From NCBI GenBank assembly GCA_036676395.1, contig JAKFCY010000002.1:384001-448000 (forward strand): a DNA stretch of 64,000 nucleotides. Reading direction: 5' to 3'. Under the pieces are notes generated by a model. It was not told the DNA's origin, searched no databases, and worked only from the letters and a program-made list of their open reading frames with translations. Shown piece after piece: positions 1 through 8,629 of the stretch. The position numbers and the translations under genes are program-made. Each line of letters starts with the position of its first letter. Position 1 is the first letter of the stretch. This stretch comes from Bdellovibrio sp. (GTDB lineage: Bacteria > Bdellovibrionota > Bdellovibrionia > Bdellovibrionales > Bdellovibrionaceae).

Positions 1-18
1 ATGAAAAATATAACTTTA

Positions 19-52
19 AAATAAAACGGGAGCATTGGCTCCCGTTTTATTT
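19..52. terminator. Intrinsic terminator-like hairpin, probably for the gene upstream of the window
   Basis: Perfect 15-bp inverted repeat AAATAAAACGGGAGC-ATTG-GCTCCCGTTTTATTT with A/T tails on both sides. Confidence 0.8.
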
Positions 53-64
53 GTTTAAAGGCTC

Positions 65-80
65 TGGCACTCGCCTTGCT
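65..80 (+). promoter_or_regulatory. Sigma54 (-24/-12) promoter for the TPR gene
   Basis: TGGCAC-TCGCC-TTGCT matches TGGCAC-N5-TTGCW and lies just after the terminator. Confidence 0.75.
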
Positions 81-157
81 TTACTAAAAAGTACGATCAC
101 TGTGAAAACCGCTCAGGACGAGACGGTCCAGGATATATATGCTTTTGGAGGCAAGGA

Positions 158-994
158 ATGCTACATACGAACAGCCAGTTTAAAACGGCTCAAGATCTTT
201 TCAAAACCGGACAATATAAAAAATCGTTTTTAAACCTGATCACAATTTCTACCGAATTTTCAAACGAACCAGATTTTTTAAGACTGCTGTCACAGGTACA
301 GATGTCGTTAAAAGATTTCACAGGTCAGATCAAAACACTTCAGGTGTTGTCGCGCAAAAGCGAAGATATCCAGGATAAAGTAAAATACATGATGGCTTTG
401 TTAGCTCAAGGTCAACGTAACGAATCGTTAGATGAGGCACTTAAGTTATTAAGTATGCCGCTAGCAACGGCCGAAAAAGTTTTTGTTTTTAAGGCATTGA
501 TAAAAATCTATTCAGTAGAAAATGATTTTGAAGGTTTAGAAGATGTCTGCCGTGAATTAGGAGCCTTGGGTTTAAGTGATGCTGATGTTAGTTATTCGCA
601 CGCGCTCATTGAAGCTTCTAAAGGTGATTTAGATCAGGCGATCGAACATTTACGTCAGGCTGTTGTGGATAATCCTTCTTTTGACACCGGCTGGGCGGCT
701 TTAGGTTTATATCACTATAAAAAAGGTGATATCGAATTAGCAAAAGCTAATTTAGAAAAAGCGTTAGACTTAAACCCATCAAACACAACGGCCTTAAAAC
801 ATATCGCTAATTGGGTTGATGACACACAACCAGATGAATTGAATGCCACTTTAGAAAAAGTAAATTATTATTTGCAGAAATATAATTTCGACGAAGAAAT
901 TTCTGAATGCCATGCAAAACTTTTGATAAAAAAGGGTCATGTGGATTTGGCGCAATTAGAAATCGCTAAATTGACTTATTATTTTGGAAATTGA
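158..994 (+). CDS. Tetratricopeptide repeat protein
   Basis: TPR motifs (DQAIEHLRQAVVDNPSFDTGWAALGLYHYKKGDIELAKANLEKALDLNPSN); GGAGG SD upstream. Confidence 0.85.
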   Translation: MLHTNSQFKTAQDLFKTGQYKKSFLNLITISTEFSNEPDFLRLLSQVQMSLKDFTGQIKTLQVLSRKSEDIQDKVKYMMALLAQGQRNESLDEALKLLSMPLATAEKVFVFKALIKIYSVENDFEGLEDVCRELGALGLSDADVSYSHALIEASKGDLDQAIEHLRQAVVDNPSFDTGWAALGLYHYKKGDIELAKANLEKALDLNPSNTTALKHIANWVDDTQPDELNATLEKVNYYLQKYNFDEEISECHAKLLIKKGHVDLAQLEIAKLTYYFGN

Positions 995-1018
995 TTAAGT
1001 TCATGCTAGCCTTTTTAG

Positions 1019-2863
1019 GTGAACGTATATGTACAAAACCAATACTTAGAGCAAGTTAAACAAAGCGTTTTAGGCTTAGGTGGCCCACTGCTTAGTGTTG
1101 GTTTGTCAGATAATCTTGAAAAAATGGCTGATTTGGCTGTTTTTGATTTACGCCACGTACCGAATGCAAATCAGCTATCTCATTTTAAAGAAAAAGTTTT
1201 AATTGTCGATCAAGAGCAAGTCGATTTTCAGACTTTAAAACAAATCAATCCGCGCTTAATAGTTAATACGAATCAATTAAATGAGCTTGCCGCATTGATC
1301 CAGTCGATCACGACACAAAAGTCAGTATCACTTTTTAAACAGGCTCAGCTTTTACCTGTTGATGAGTCTGAACAGATAGAAAGCCTGCAAAAAGAACTTA
1401 AAGAAAAATCAGAATCATTAAAATATTTTGTTAATGAAGAAAATTTAAAAAAACAAAAAGAAAAAAAGCTTCTTTATTTTTTAGATTTTTTGAATGCTGA
1501 GCAGGATACACCTGAGTTTATCGAAAATCTTTGCGAACTACTATGGATAGATCTAAAAAAATTAGGTTCATTTCATATGTTGGGTTTCGTTGTCACGCTT
1601 TCAAAACAAGATAATGCTTTTGTATTGTATGATGGCAAACAGGCAAAGTTTAATTATAATATTCGTTTTTCTGGACAAGATGAAAAACAATATGCCGTGC
1701 AATTGGCAGATATCTTACAGCGCCCAATAGCTGCCACCAAGTTTTGGGCCAGTGAAAAAAACCAGCTGAAAAGTTTTTTCTTTTTAGAAAATCGTGGCTC
1801 GCTAGTTTCGCCTGAAAGTTTAGATTCTTATATTTCTGAACGTATTGATTTGATGGTCTTAATGATCCAACGTCATATTTCGCAATTACAAACCAGCTAT
1901 CTTTTGAATAAATGGAATGTGTTTGGTAAAGCCTACCAGCAACCGATGCATGTGATCGATTCTCAATATACGTTAGTTCAGTCAAATTATTTTGATCAGA
2001 CTCAAACTGTAAAGTGCTATAATAAATTAGCCGGCAGAACTGCGCCGTGTGAAAATTGTCCTGTATTGGTGCAAAAAAATGTAAGTCCTGTCGCTATACA
2101 GGGCCGTAAATTCAAATCGTATGCGACTAAATTTTCAACTGATAGAGATTACTTTTTCGTATTCTATGAAAATCAAACCGAAGCCGATCTGGTTAAATCG
2201 AATTTGATTCAGAATGAAAAAATGAATGTCATCGGGCAATTGGCCAATCACTTGGCGCATGAATTAAATAATCCCCTGACGGGTTTAAAACTAGCTACTG
2301 AATTTATTTTACAGCAACCGCAATTAGAAACTTCGGTTAAAAATGATTTTACCGAAGTTTTAAAAGGTATTGATCGCTGCAAAAATATTATTACAGACTT
2401 ATTAGAGTTCAGCTCTGATCAAAGCCCAATTTTGACAATAGGCACAGTGGATGAAGTGATTAAAAAAACGATGCCACTGTTAAAATCAATCACTCGTATG
2501 TTTAATGTTTTCATCGACGTTAAAAATGTGCCGGTGCGAATGAATGCCGGGCATTTGCAGCAAATAATTTTTAATCTGGTGAAGAACTCTTGTCAGGCAA
2601 TGCCCGCGAAAGGTTCAATCAAAATTTATGATATCGATACGCCAAATCACTACGACGTGATCTTTGAAGATAATGGCAGCGGCTTGCCAGATAGTATTAA
2701 AAAGCATTTGTTTGAACCCTTTGCCACCACCAAGACGATCGGTGAAGGCACTGGTTTAGGTTTGTATATTTCAAAAAGTTTAGTGAAGCGAATGTTCGCG
2801 GATCTTTTGTATGATGCCAATTATAAAAATGGCACTCGTTTTATTTTAAGGTTTTTTAAATGA
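1019..2863 (+). CDS. Cytoplasmic sensor histidine kinase (HisKA + HATPase_c) with a Cys-containing PAS-like segment
   Basis: H-box LAHELNNPL, N-box NLVKNSCQA, DNGSG, FEPFATTK, GTGLGL; CYNKLAGRTAPCENCP before HisKA. Confidence 0.9.
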   Translation: MNVYVQNQYLEQVKQSVLGLGGPLLSVGLSDNLEKMADLAVFDLRHVPNANQLSHFKEKVLIVDQEQVDFQTLKQINPRLIVNTNQLNELAALIQSITTQKSVSLFKQAQLLPVDESEQIESLQKELKEKSESLKYFVNEENLKKQKEKKLLYFLDFLNAEQDTPEFIENLCELLWIDLKKLGSFHMLGFVVTLSKQDNAFVLYDGKQAKFNYNIRFSGQDEKQYAVQLADILQRPIAATKFWASEKNQLKSFFFLENRGSLVSPESLDSYISERIDLMVLMIQRHISQLQTSYLLNKWNVFGKAYQQPMHVIDSQYTLVQSNYFDQTQTVKCYNKLAGRTAPCENCPVLVQKNVSPVAIQGRKFKSYATKFSTDRDYFFVFYENQTEADLVKSNLIQNEKMNVIGQLANHLAHELNNPLTGLKLATEFILQQPQLETSVKNDFTEVLKGIDRCKNIITDLLEFSSDQSPILTIGTVDEVIKKTMPLLKSITRMFNVFIDVKNVPVRMNAGHLQQIIFNLVKNSCQAMPAKGSIKIYDIDTPNHYDVIFEDNGSGLPDSIKKHLFEPFATTKTIGEGTGLGLYISKSLVKRMFADLLYDANYKNGTRFILRFFK

Positions 2864-3231
2864 AGTTATTAATCTGTGATGATGAAGATCTAATCCGTAA
2901 GTCTTTGGCCAGAGCCTTTCGTGCCCAAGGTCATGAGGTGATCGAAGCCGAAAACGGAGCGGTGGCTTTAGAGCTTTTAAAAGCAAATGACATCGACTTA
3001 TTGGTCTTAGATTTGTTAATGCCAGAAAAAAATGGGTTTGATGTGCTGGCAGAAATGACCGTAGTGAAGCCTGTGATCATCATTTCGGCCTTCTCGGGTC
3101 AACAGCAGGGCCATTTTCATGCTGATGATTACCCGCAAGTAGTGGGTTTTATTAAAAAACCTTTTGACCACCTGAGTGTTGTGATAGAAGAAATGATTAA
3201 GATTTATGAGAATTATATCAGGAAAATTTAA
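2860..3231 (+). CDS. Single-domain response regulator (CheY-like receiver)
   Basis: CDDE, LDLLMP (phospho-Asp), ISA, KPF; ATGA overlap with the kinase. Confidence 0.9.
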   Translation: MKLLICDDEDLIRKSLARAFRAQGHEVIEAENGAVALELLKANDIDLLVLDLLMPEKNGFDVLAEMTVVKPVIIISAFSGQQQGHFHADDYPQVVGFIKKPFDHLSVVIEEMIKIYENYIRKI

Positions 3232-3763
3232 AGGCAGAACATTAGTCAGCTTCAAAGCCGACCACATTAGACCGACCATGGATCGAGTCAAAGAGACTCT
3301 ATTCAATAAATGGATGGGCTATGTTGAAGATGCGAAGACCCTGGATTTGTTCGCAGGAACCGGAAACTTAGGCCTAGAGGCCCTTTCGCGCGGAGCAAAG
3401 CACGTTACTTTTGTGGAAAAGAGTGCGAAATCTGTGGATATCATCCGAAAAAACATCGAACTTCTTAAAATCGCTAAAGACGAGCAGGTGGTGCTCACTA
3501 AGGATGTTTTCTCGTTTCTTAAGTCTTACCAAGGCGAGGGCTTCGATATTATCTTTATCGACCCTCCATTTACCGAAAAGCTGGCTGACGATGTGATGAC
3601 AGCCCTGGCAAGTAGCCAATGTTTTCATCAAAACACCTTGATTGCCATCGAGGCCATCAAACAAGAAAAGATCGGTTCTGAGTACGGTGATTTGATATGC
3701 TATGACAAACAAGATTATGGCGATAAAAGTCTTTCCTTGTTTTCAAAAAAGGCGATAGATTAG
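3206..3763 (+). CDS. rsmD: 16S rRNA m2G966 methyltransferase
   Basis: MRIISGKFKGR, RPTMDRVKETLFN, LDLFAGTG, DPPF. Confidence 0.95.
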   Translation: MRIISGKFKGRTLVSFKADHIRPTMDRVKETLFNKWMGYVEDAKTLDLFAGTGNLGLEALSRGAKHVTFVEKSAKSVDIIRKNIELLKIAKDEQVVLTKDVFSFLKSYQGEGFDIIFIDPPFTEKLADDVMTALASSQCFHQNTLIAIEAIKQEKIGSEYGDLICYDKQDYGDKSLSLFSKKAID

Positions 3764-3790
3764 ACCTCGGTTTGCGAGGGAGTTTATCCA

Positions 3791-4276
3791 GTGTCACAAA
3801 TAGCCGTATATCCCGGAAGTTTTGATCCAATCACATCTGGCCATGTGGATATTATCCATCGGTTGTCAGAAATCTTTGACCAAGTCATTGTGTTGGTGGC
3901 TCAAAGCGGAGATAAAGCCTACATGTTCACCGCTGAAGAGCGCGCTGAGTTCGTACGAAAACAATTCTCACATAAAAAAAATATTCAGATAGATATCTTT
4001 CAAGGTCTTACTGTGGATTACATGAAGAAAAAAGGTGCCAAAGTTATCGTGCGTGGGTTGCGTGCAGTCGCAGATTTTGAATACGAAGGCACCCTGGCTA
4101 ATATCAACAAAAAATTAGCGCCAGAAATTGAAACTTTCATGATTTTCTCAAAACCAGAATTTTATTTTATTTCTTCACGCGGAGTTAAAGAGCTCGCAAA
4201 AAATGGCGGCGCTTTAACTGGCTTAGTTCCAGATATCGTGATTCCAGAATTAGTTAAAAAATTAAATAAAGGATAG
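3791..4276 (+). CDS. coaD: Phosphopantetheine adenylyltransferase
   Basis: YPGSFDPITSGH, RGLRAVADFEYE, ISS. Confidence 0.97.
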   Translation: MSQIAVYPGSFDPITSGHVDIIHRLSEIFDQVIVLVAQSGDKAYMFTAEERAEFVRKQFSHKKNIQIDIFQGLTVDYMKKKGAKVIVRGLRAVADFEYEGTLANINKKLAPEIETFMIFSKPEFYFISSRGVKELAKNGGALTGLVPDIVIPELVKKLNKG

Positions 4277-4280
4277 ATCA

Positions 4281-5480
4281 ATGTTATCAAAAAAAGCAGC
4301 CAGCATTAAATCTTCTCCGACCCTTGCTCTTGTGGCTAAAGCCAAAGAGCTTCAAGCCCAAGGGCACAACGTAATTTCTTTAACAGTAGGTGAGCCTGAC
4401 TGGCCAACATACAAAGTGGCTGCTGACGCTGGTATTAACGCTATTCAAACTGGTTTTACAAAATACACGGCAGCAAATGGTACGATCGAGTTACGTAAAG
4501 CGATTGCAGCACGTACTGAGGCTGATCTTGGTTTTACTTATAATCCCGCAAAAGAAATCGCTGTAACCAGTGGTGCGAAATACGCCATCTACACAGCGCT
4601 ACAGTGTTTATGTGATCCGGGTGATGAAGTCATTATTCATTCACCGTACTGGGTCAGTTATCCAGCGATGGCTGAACTTGCAGATGCGGTTCCTAAAATC
4701 GTTGATTGCCGTTTAGAACATAATTTTAAATTATCAGCTGAGCGTTTAGAACAAGCGATCACACCAAAAACTAAAGTGTTTTTGTTTTGTTCGCCATCGA
4801 ATCCAACCGGATTCATTTATACAAAAGCAGAATTAAAAGCGATGGCTGATGTTCTAAAAAAACATCCTCGTGTCGCGATTATTTCTGATGATATGTATAA
4901 TCGCTTAATGTTAGACGGCACACATATTGCGCCACACTTATTACAAGAGGCTCCAGAATTACGTGAACGTACTATTCTAATCAATGGTGGTTCAAAAGCC
5001 TACTCAATGACAGGCTGGAGAATCGGTTGGGCTATGGGCCCTGAAAAAGTAATTAAAGCGATTGGTGACTTTGCTTCACAATCAACAGGGGCACCTTCTT
5101 CGATTGCCCAAGCTGCTGCTGAGAAAGCTTTATTGCACACTGAAGGTGATATTAAAAACACTGTAGAACTTCTTAAAATGCGCCTAGAAGCTGCGATTAA
5201 ACGGATGGGTGCTATCAATGGACTAGAAGTTTATCGTCCAGACGGGGCCTTTTATTTGTGGATTAATATTCAAAAATTATTAGGTCGTAAATACAAAGGC
5301 GAAGTCGTGCAGTCTTCGGCCCAATTCGGAAAAATCTATTTAGAAGATTTTTTTGTCGCGACTGTGCCTGGCGAAGAATTCGGTGAGCCAGGTTACATGC
5401 GTTTAAGCTTCGCTACAGAAACTGAAAAGTTTATCGAAGCTATGGATAGAATGCAGAAGTTTATCGATCAGATGACTTAG
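4281..5480 (+). CDS. aspC: PLP-dependent class I aminotransferase (aspartate aminotransferase-like)
   Basis: GEPD, SPSNPTG, DDMY, SKAYSMTGWRIG. Confidence 0.85.
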   Translation: MLSKKAASIKSSPTLALVAKAKELQAQGHNVISLTVGEPDWPTYKVAADAGINAIQTGFTKYTAANGTIELRKAIAARTEADLGFTYNPAKEIAVTSGAKYAIYTALQCLCDPGDEVIIHSPYWVSYPAMAELADAVPKIVDCRLEHNFKLSAERLEQAITPKTKVFLFCSPSNPTGFIYTKAELKAMADVLKKHPRVAIISDDMYNRLMLDGTHIAPHLLQEAPELRERTILINGGSKAYSMTGWRIGWAMGPEKVIKAIGDFASQSTGAPSSIAQAAAEKALLHTEGDIKNTVELLKMRLEAAIKRMGAINGLEVYRPDGAFYLWINIQKLLGRKYKGEVVQSSAQFGKIYLEDFFVATVPGEEFGEPGYMRLSFATETEKFIEAMDRMQKFIDQMT

Positions 5481-5507
5481 TAGACCGTCGCCAGAGGCCA
5501 GTAATAT

Positions 5508-5523
5508 TGGATTAAAAATTGCT
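5508..5523 (+). promoter_or_regulatory. Possible sigma54 promoter
   Basis: TGGATTAAAAATTGCT (GG-N10-GC, TTGC), 13 nt before ATG 5536. Confidence 0.5.
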
Positions 5524-5535
5524 TTTAAAGTTGGT

Positions 5536-6630
5536 ATGATAAAACTCCAGCTTCCCAAAGTAGCCTTATTGTTTTCTTTTGTCATATCGTTGACATCTGT
5601 TAGGCCAATTATGGCAGCTGATAAATGCTCTGATTTTTTTAATCCTGCTATGTCTCATTCTGAAACGGTTGCGTCCATCAAAATTGTTAATCTTGGTGGG
5701 CCAAACATTAGATCTGATAGGAAGCCTTTTCTGCTAGATTATTACTCAGAAGCTATCGGCAAAGTTCAAAGTTTTATTTTAGACAGAACAAATTTAGTGT
5801 TTCCGACAATGCCTGTAAAAATACGAATTCATCCAGTATTTAATCATCCGGGGTCTGCTGCTTGCCTAAATACAAGACGAGATCTTTTAGATATTACTAT
5901 TCCCTATCGATGGAAGGGTGAAATTAAAGTGGAAGATACTTGGAAAATGGTGAAATCAGAACCTTCAGAAACTTTACCGATGTTTTACCATGAATATGGT
6001 CATGCGGTTTTCCGATCTAATGTAGAAGTAGTAAACTCAGAACTTGGTAATTTCTATCGCAAAGATGCACGACTTGATCAAATAACCCGGGAATCACTAG
6101 CGCTTTTAAAAATTTATGATGCAACCAAGGATAAGTCTCTAAAAAAACAATATGAAGAACAGCTTGAGCTTTTTTATAAAGAATTTAATAGCCTTGATAT
6201 AGAAGTTAATACGAAGAATAAAAAAAGACACATCCTTGTAGGTGTAGATGAACTTTTTGCTGATTTAATTGCAGTACTTGTTAGTCAAAAAAATACAGCC
6301 ATGTCTGACTCGGTAACAATCAATACACAGTATGGAACCTCAATTCACCGCGACGCCCATTATAGAGATTTTAGCAATCCTAGTAATGATTTAAAATCTT
6401 GGGAAGAAAGCTGGAGCGTTCACAATGTTTTTTCACCAACACGATATTATTTGTATAATAAATATTTAAAACATTCTGAATATCTAGCAGGTCCGCGTTC
6501 GGGTAATTTTTTACAACAAATACTTTTAGCTCTGCACAGTTTTTCTAATGATCCGAGGCTAAATGATCCTTCGATTTCGCCAACAGAAGTAAATAAAGTT
6601 TTAATTGAACACTTGGTAGACATTAAGTAA
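5536..6630 (+). CDS. Secreted putative gluzincin zinc metalloprotease
   Basis: Signal peptide; HEYGH plus downstream DELFAD (third ligand Glu). Confidence 0.65.
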   Translation: MIKLQLPKVALLFSFVISLTSVRPIMAADKCSDFFNPAMSHSETVASIKIVNLGGPNIRSDRKPFLLDYYSEAIGKVQSFILDRTNLVFPTMPVKIRIHPVFNHPGSAACLNTRRDLLDITIPYRWKGEIKVEDTWKMVKSEPSETLPMFYHEYGHAVFRSNVEVVNSELGNFYRKDARLDQITRESLALLKIYDATKDKSLKKQYEEQLELFYKEFNSLDIEVNTKNKKRHILVGVDELFADLIAVLVSQKNTAMSDSVTINTQYGTSIHRDAHYRDFSNPSNDLKSWEESWSVHNVFSPTRYYLYNKYLKHSEYLAGPRSGNFLQQILLALHSFSNDPRLNDPSISPTEVNKVLIEHLVDIK

Positions 6631-6640
6631 CACTTGTTTT

Positions 6641-7489
6641 CTAGATGAGGCCCGTTCGCCGCGATTTTTTGATTTCTTTTTTGATCTGTAAGAAAAGTTT
6701 TTCTTCAAGTTCTTCGATTAAGTTATTAAGATTTCTCTTATGAAGCCCTAGGTTTTTGCGAACAGGGTCACTCATAACCGCAGCCAGCAGACTAAAAGCG
6801 GTTAACAAAACACCTACACCAAGCGTAATCAGATAGACCTGAGTCTTAGTCGGCTCAGGAGGAAAAGCATTATAAAATGCCGACCCTAATTGCTCGCCAA
6901 AGACAAATCCGGAAGCAGCTTTATCATGCGCCATTTTTCGCGCTATACGATTTCCTATTCCGAAGACTCCTAAAGTTTTATCGCCAAAATAATACCATCC
7001 AATCAGAAGGGTCATTACTGAACCGCTTAGATCTGTAATTAAAGTTTGGCTTGAAGAATATTTATCAATCTCTTTGCGGATCTCGGCTTCAATGTGTTTT
7101 TCATTCAGTACGAGCCCCTGTTTGCGTAATTCTAAAATTAAAGCGTTGTGATCAAGAAGTTCTGTAGCTATTAATTTTTCGATTCTTTTTTGATAACCGG
7201 TTTTTATTCCTGAAGGAATTTTTTCAATAGTCGGTGTAAGTTTGGCCCATCCCAGTTTATCCAGCGTCTCTATAAATTTTTTTAAAGAAAGGTAAGGAAT
7301 CGACCACAGGACGTTTAAAGGATTTAGAAATAAATCTATCGAAAATGTTTTTTTTTGAATTTCAATAGTCTGTTGAATAGAAAAATGACGGTCAATAAAG
7401 TTGTCGACACGTTGTTTTCGATCTTCGGTGTATTTTTCGATGCATTGATCAATAGCGCCAAGAATGGCTGCCAGATTTTGTTCTTCCAT
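6641..7489 (-). CDS. Hypothetical membrane protein (DUF6635-like)
   Basis: RKQRVDNFIDRHFS, NPLNVLWSIP and C-terminal TM-DPV..LGLH.R.L pattern, recalled for DUF6635. Confidence 0.6.
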   Translation of the reverse strand: MEEQNLAAILGAIDQCIEKYTEDRKQRVDNFIDRHFSIQQTIEIQKKTFSIDLFLNPLNVLWSIPYLSLKKFIETLDKLGWAKLTPTIEKIPSGIKTGYQKRIEKLIATELLDHNALILELRKQGLVLNEKHIEAEIRKEIDKYSSSQTLITDLSGSVMTLLIGWYYFGDKTLGVFGIGNRIARKMAHDKAASGFVFGEQLGSAFYNAFPPEPTKTQVYLITLGVGVLLTAFSLLAAVMSDPVRKNLGLHKRNLNNLIEELEEKLFLQIKKEIKKSRRTGLI

Positions 7490-7616
7490 GACGTATAAGA
7501 CTCCTGACTTTTAGATTATAAGAAGTTTTTCATGAAGTCTTATGGTTCGAGCTATGATCTCGTTTTAGCCCGATAGCGATTATTAATTTAAATTTTTTTG
7601 TATAATATATTGTCAA

Positions 7617-7643
7617 TAAAAGGGCTCTTGGTAAAACCCTTTG
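7617..7643 (-). terminator. Intrinsic terminator after the 7645..8460 gene
   Basis: Minus-strand RNA AAAGGGUUUU-ACCA-AGAGCCCUUUU; the G-U pairs only work on the minus strand. Confidence 0.6.
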
Positions 7644-7644
7644 T

Positions 7645-8460
7645 CTAAGTGGATTTTACAATTCGTTTAAATTCAAACGGCCTCACGATTTTACCATCGG
7701 GAGTCGTTGTCGTGCCGTTATCAGAAAAAGTTTGCGGCATCTGTTGAATCGTTTTTTTAAATTCTGTTGTTAATGTTGTTTGCGCGTTCAGGTCTTGTTT
7801 AACTGAATCAAACGCAGTTTCTGTGATCGTGTTATTTAACTTAGCTGTCGAATATAACGAGTTTTGATTCGTTAAGGCTTGGGCAAAGTCATTTAGTTCA
7901 GCCATTGCTGATTGATTGCCGCCACCGGTAGCTTGGGTCGTAGTTCCCTGAGCCCAAGCGGGTAATTGGTCTTCAGCAAACTGAAGATTGTCTTTATTTA
8001 CTTTGATGATCATTTGAACTTCAGCCGGAGTTAATTCAACCTGCGCTAAGATTTGTTCCATATTGTAACCTTGGTGAGCCATTTTCGCTGCAGTTACGTA
8101 AAGATTCGTCTTTTGGCGGTTTTGCATTTCACCTTGTGGAATTTGTTCATGAAATATTTTAGAAATCTCTAGACCTTTGTTCAGCATGGTTTCGATCTGT
8201 TGGATTTGTTCATCACTGGCAGCCATCACTTGGCGAACTTCGCCGGTCTTCTGATCTAAGATATGAATTAATTTTCTAACCTGCTGGTCAGTCTTATCTG
8301 ATAAGTCTTCTAAAATAGAAATTTTATTTTGTAAAAGCTGAAGGCCTTTTGTTAAACGTTGGTCTTCTTTTTTCTCTCTCACACGTAAGAACAAGCTGAA
8401 TGAAAGTCCGGCTAATAAAACGATGTTAAAAAAGGTTAATAATAAAAGCCAAATATTCAC
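7645..8460 (-). CDS. Membrane-anchored coiled-coil protein with a DUF2802-like domain
   Basis: N-terminal TM, coiled coil, YVTAAKMAHQGYNMEQILAQVELTPAEVQMI; AAGGAG SD before GTG. Confidence 0.7.
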   Translation of the reverse strand: MNIWLLLLTFFNIVLLAGLSFSLFLRVREKKEDQRLTKGLQLLQNKISILEDLSDKTDQQVRKLIHILDQKTGEVRQVMAASDEQIQQIETMLNKGLEISKIFHEQIPQGEMQNRQKTNLYVTAAKMAHQGYNMEQILAQVELTPAEVQMIIKVNKDNLQFAEDQLPAWAQGTTTQATGGGNQSAMAELNDFAQALTNQNSLYSTAKLNNTITETAFDSVKQDLNAQTTLTTEFKKTIQQMPQTFSDNGTTTTPDGKIVRPFEFKRIVKST

Positions 8461-8629
8461 GTAAGACTCCTTAGTTCGACTGTTTCAGTTTATGTCTCGG
8501 ATTGAGCCGTCACAAGGTGGTCCAGATCAGTTCTAGACTACAATGACTCATAATTTCACATTTTGGACCTTGGGCGTATTACTAAAATACAATTTATGAC
8601 CTATTATGAAACTTGGGGAGACACTGCGT

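Noticed and set aside
51..233. 60-aa ORF overlapping the TPR gene start
   Set aside because: Begins inside the terminator, spans the sigma54 promoter and has no SD
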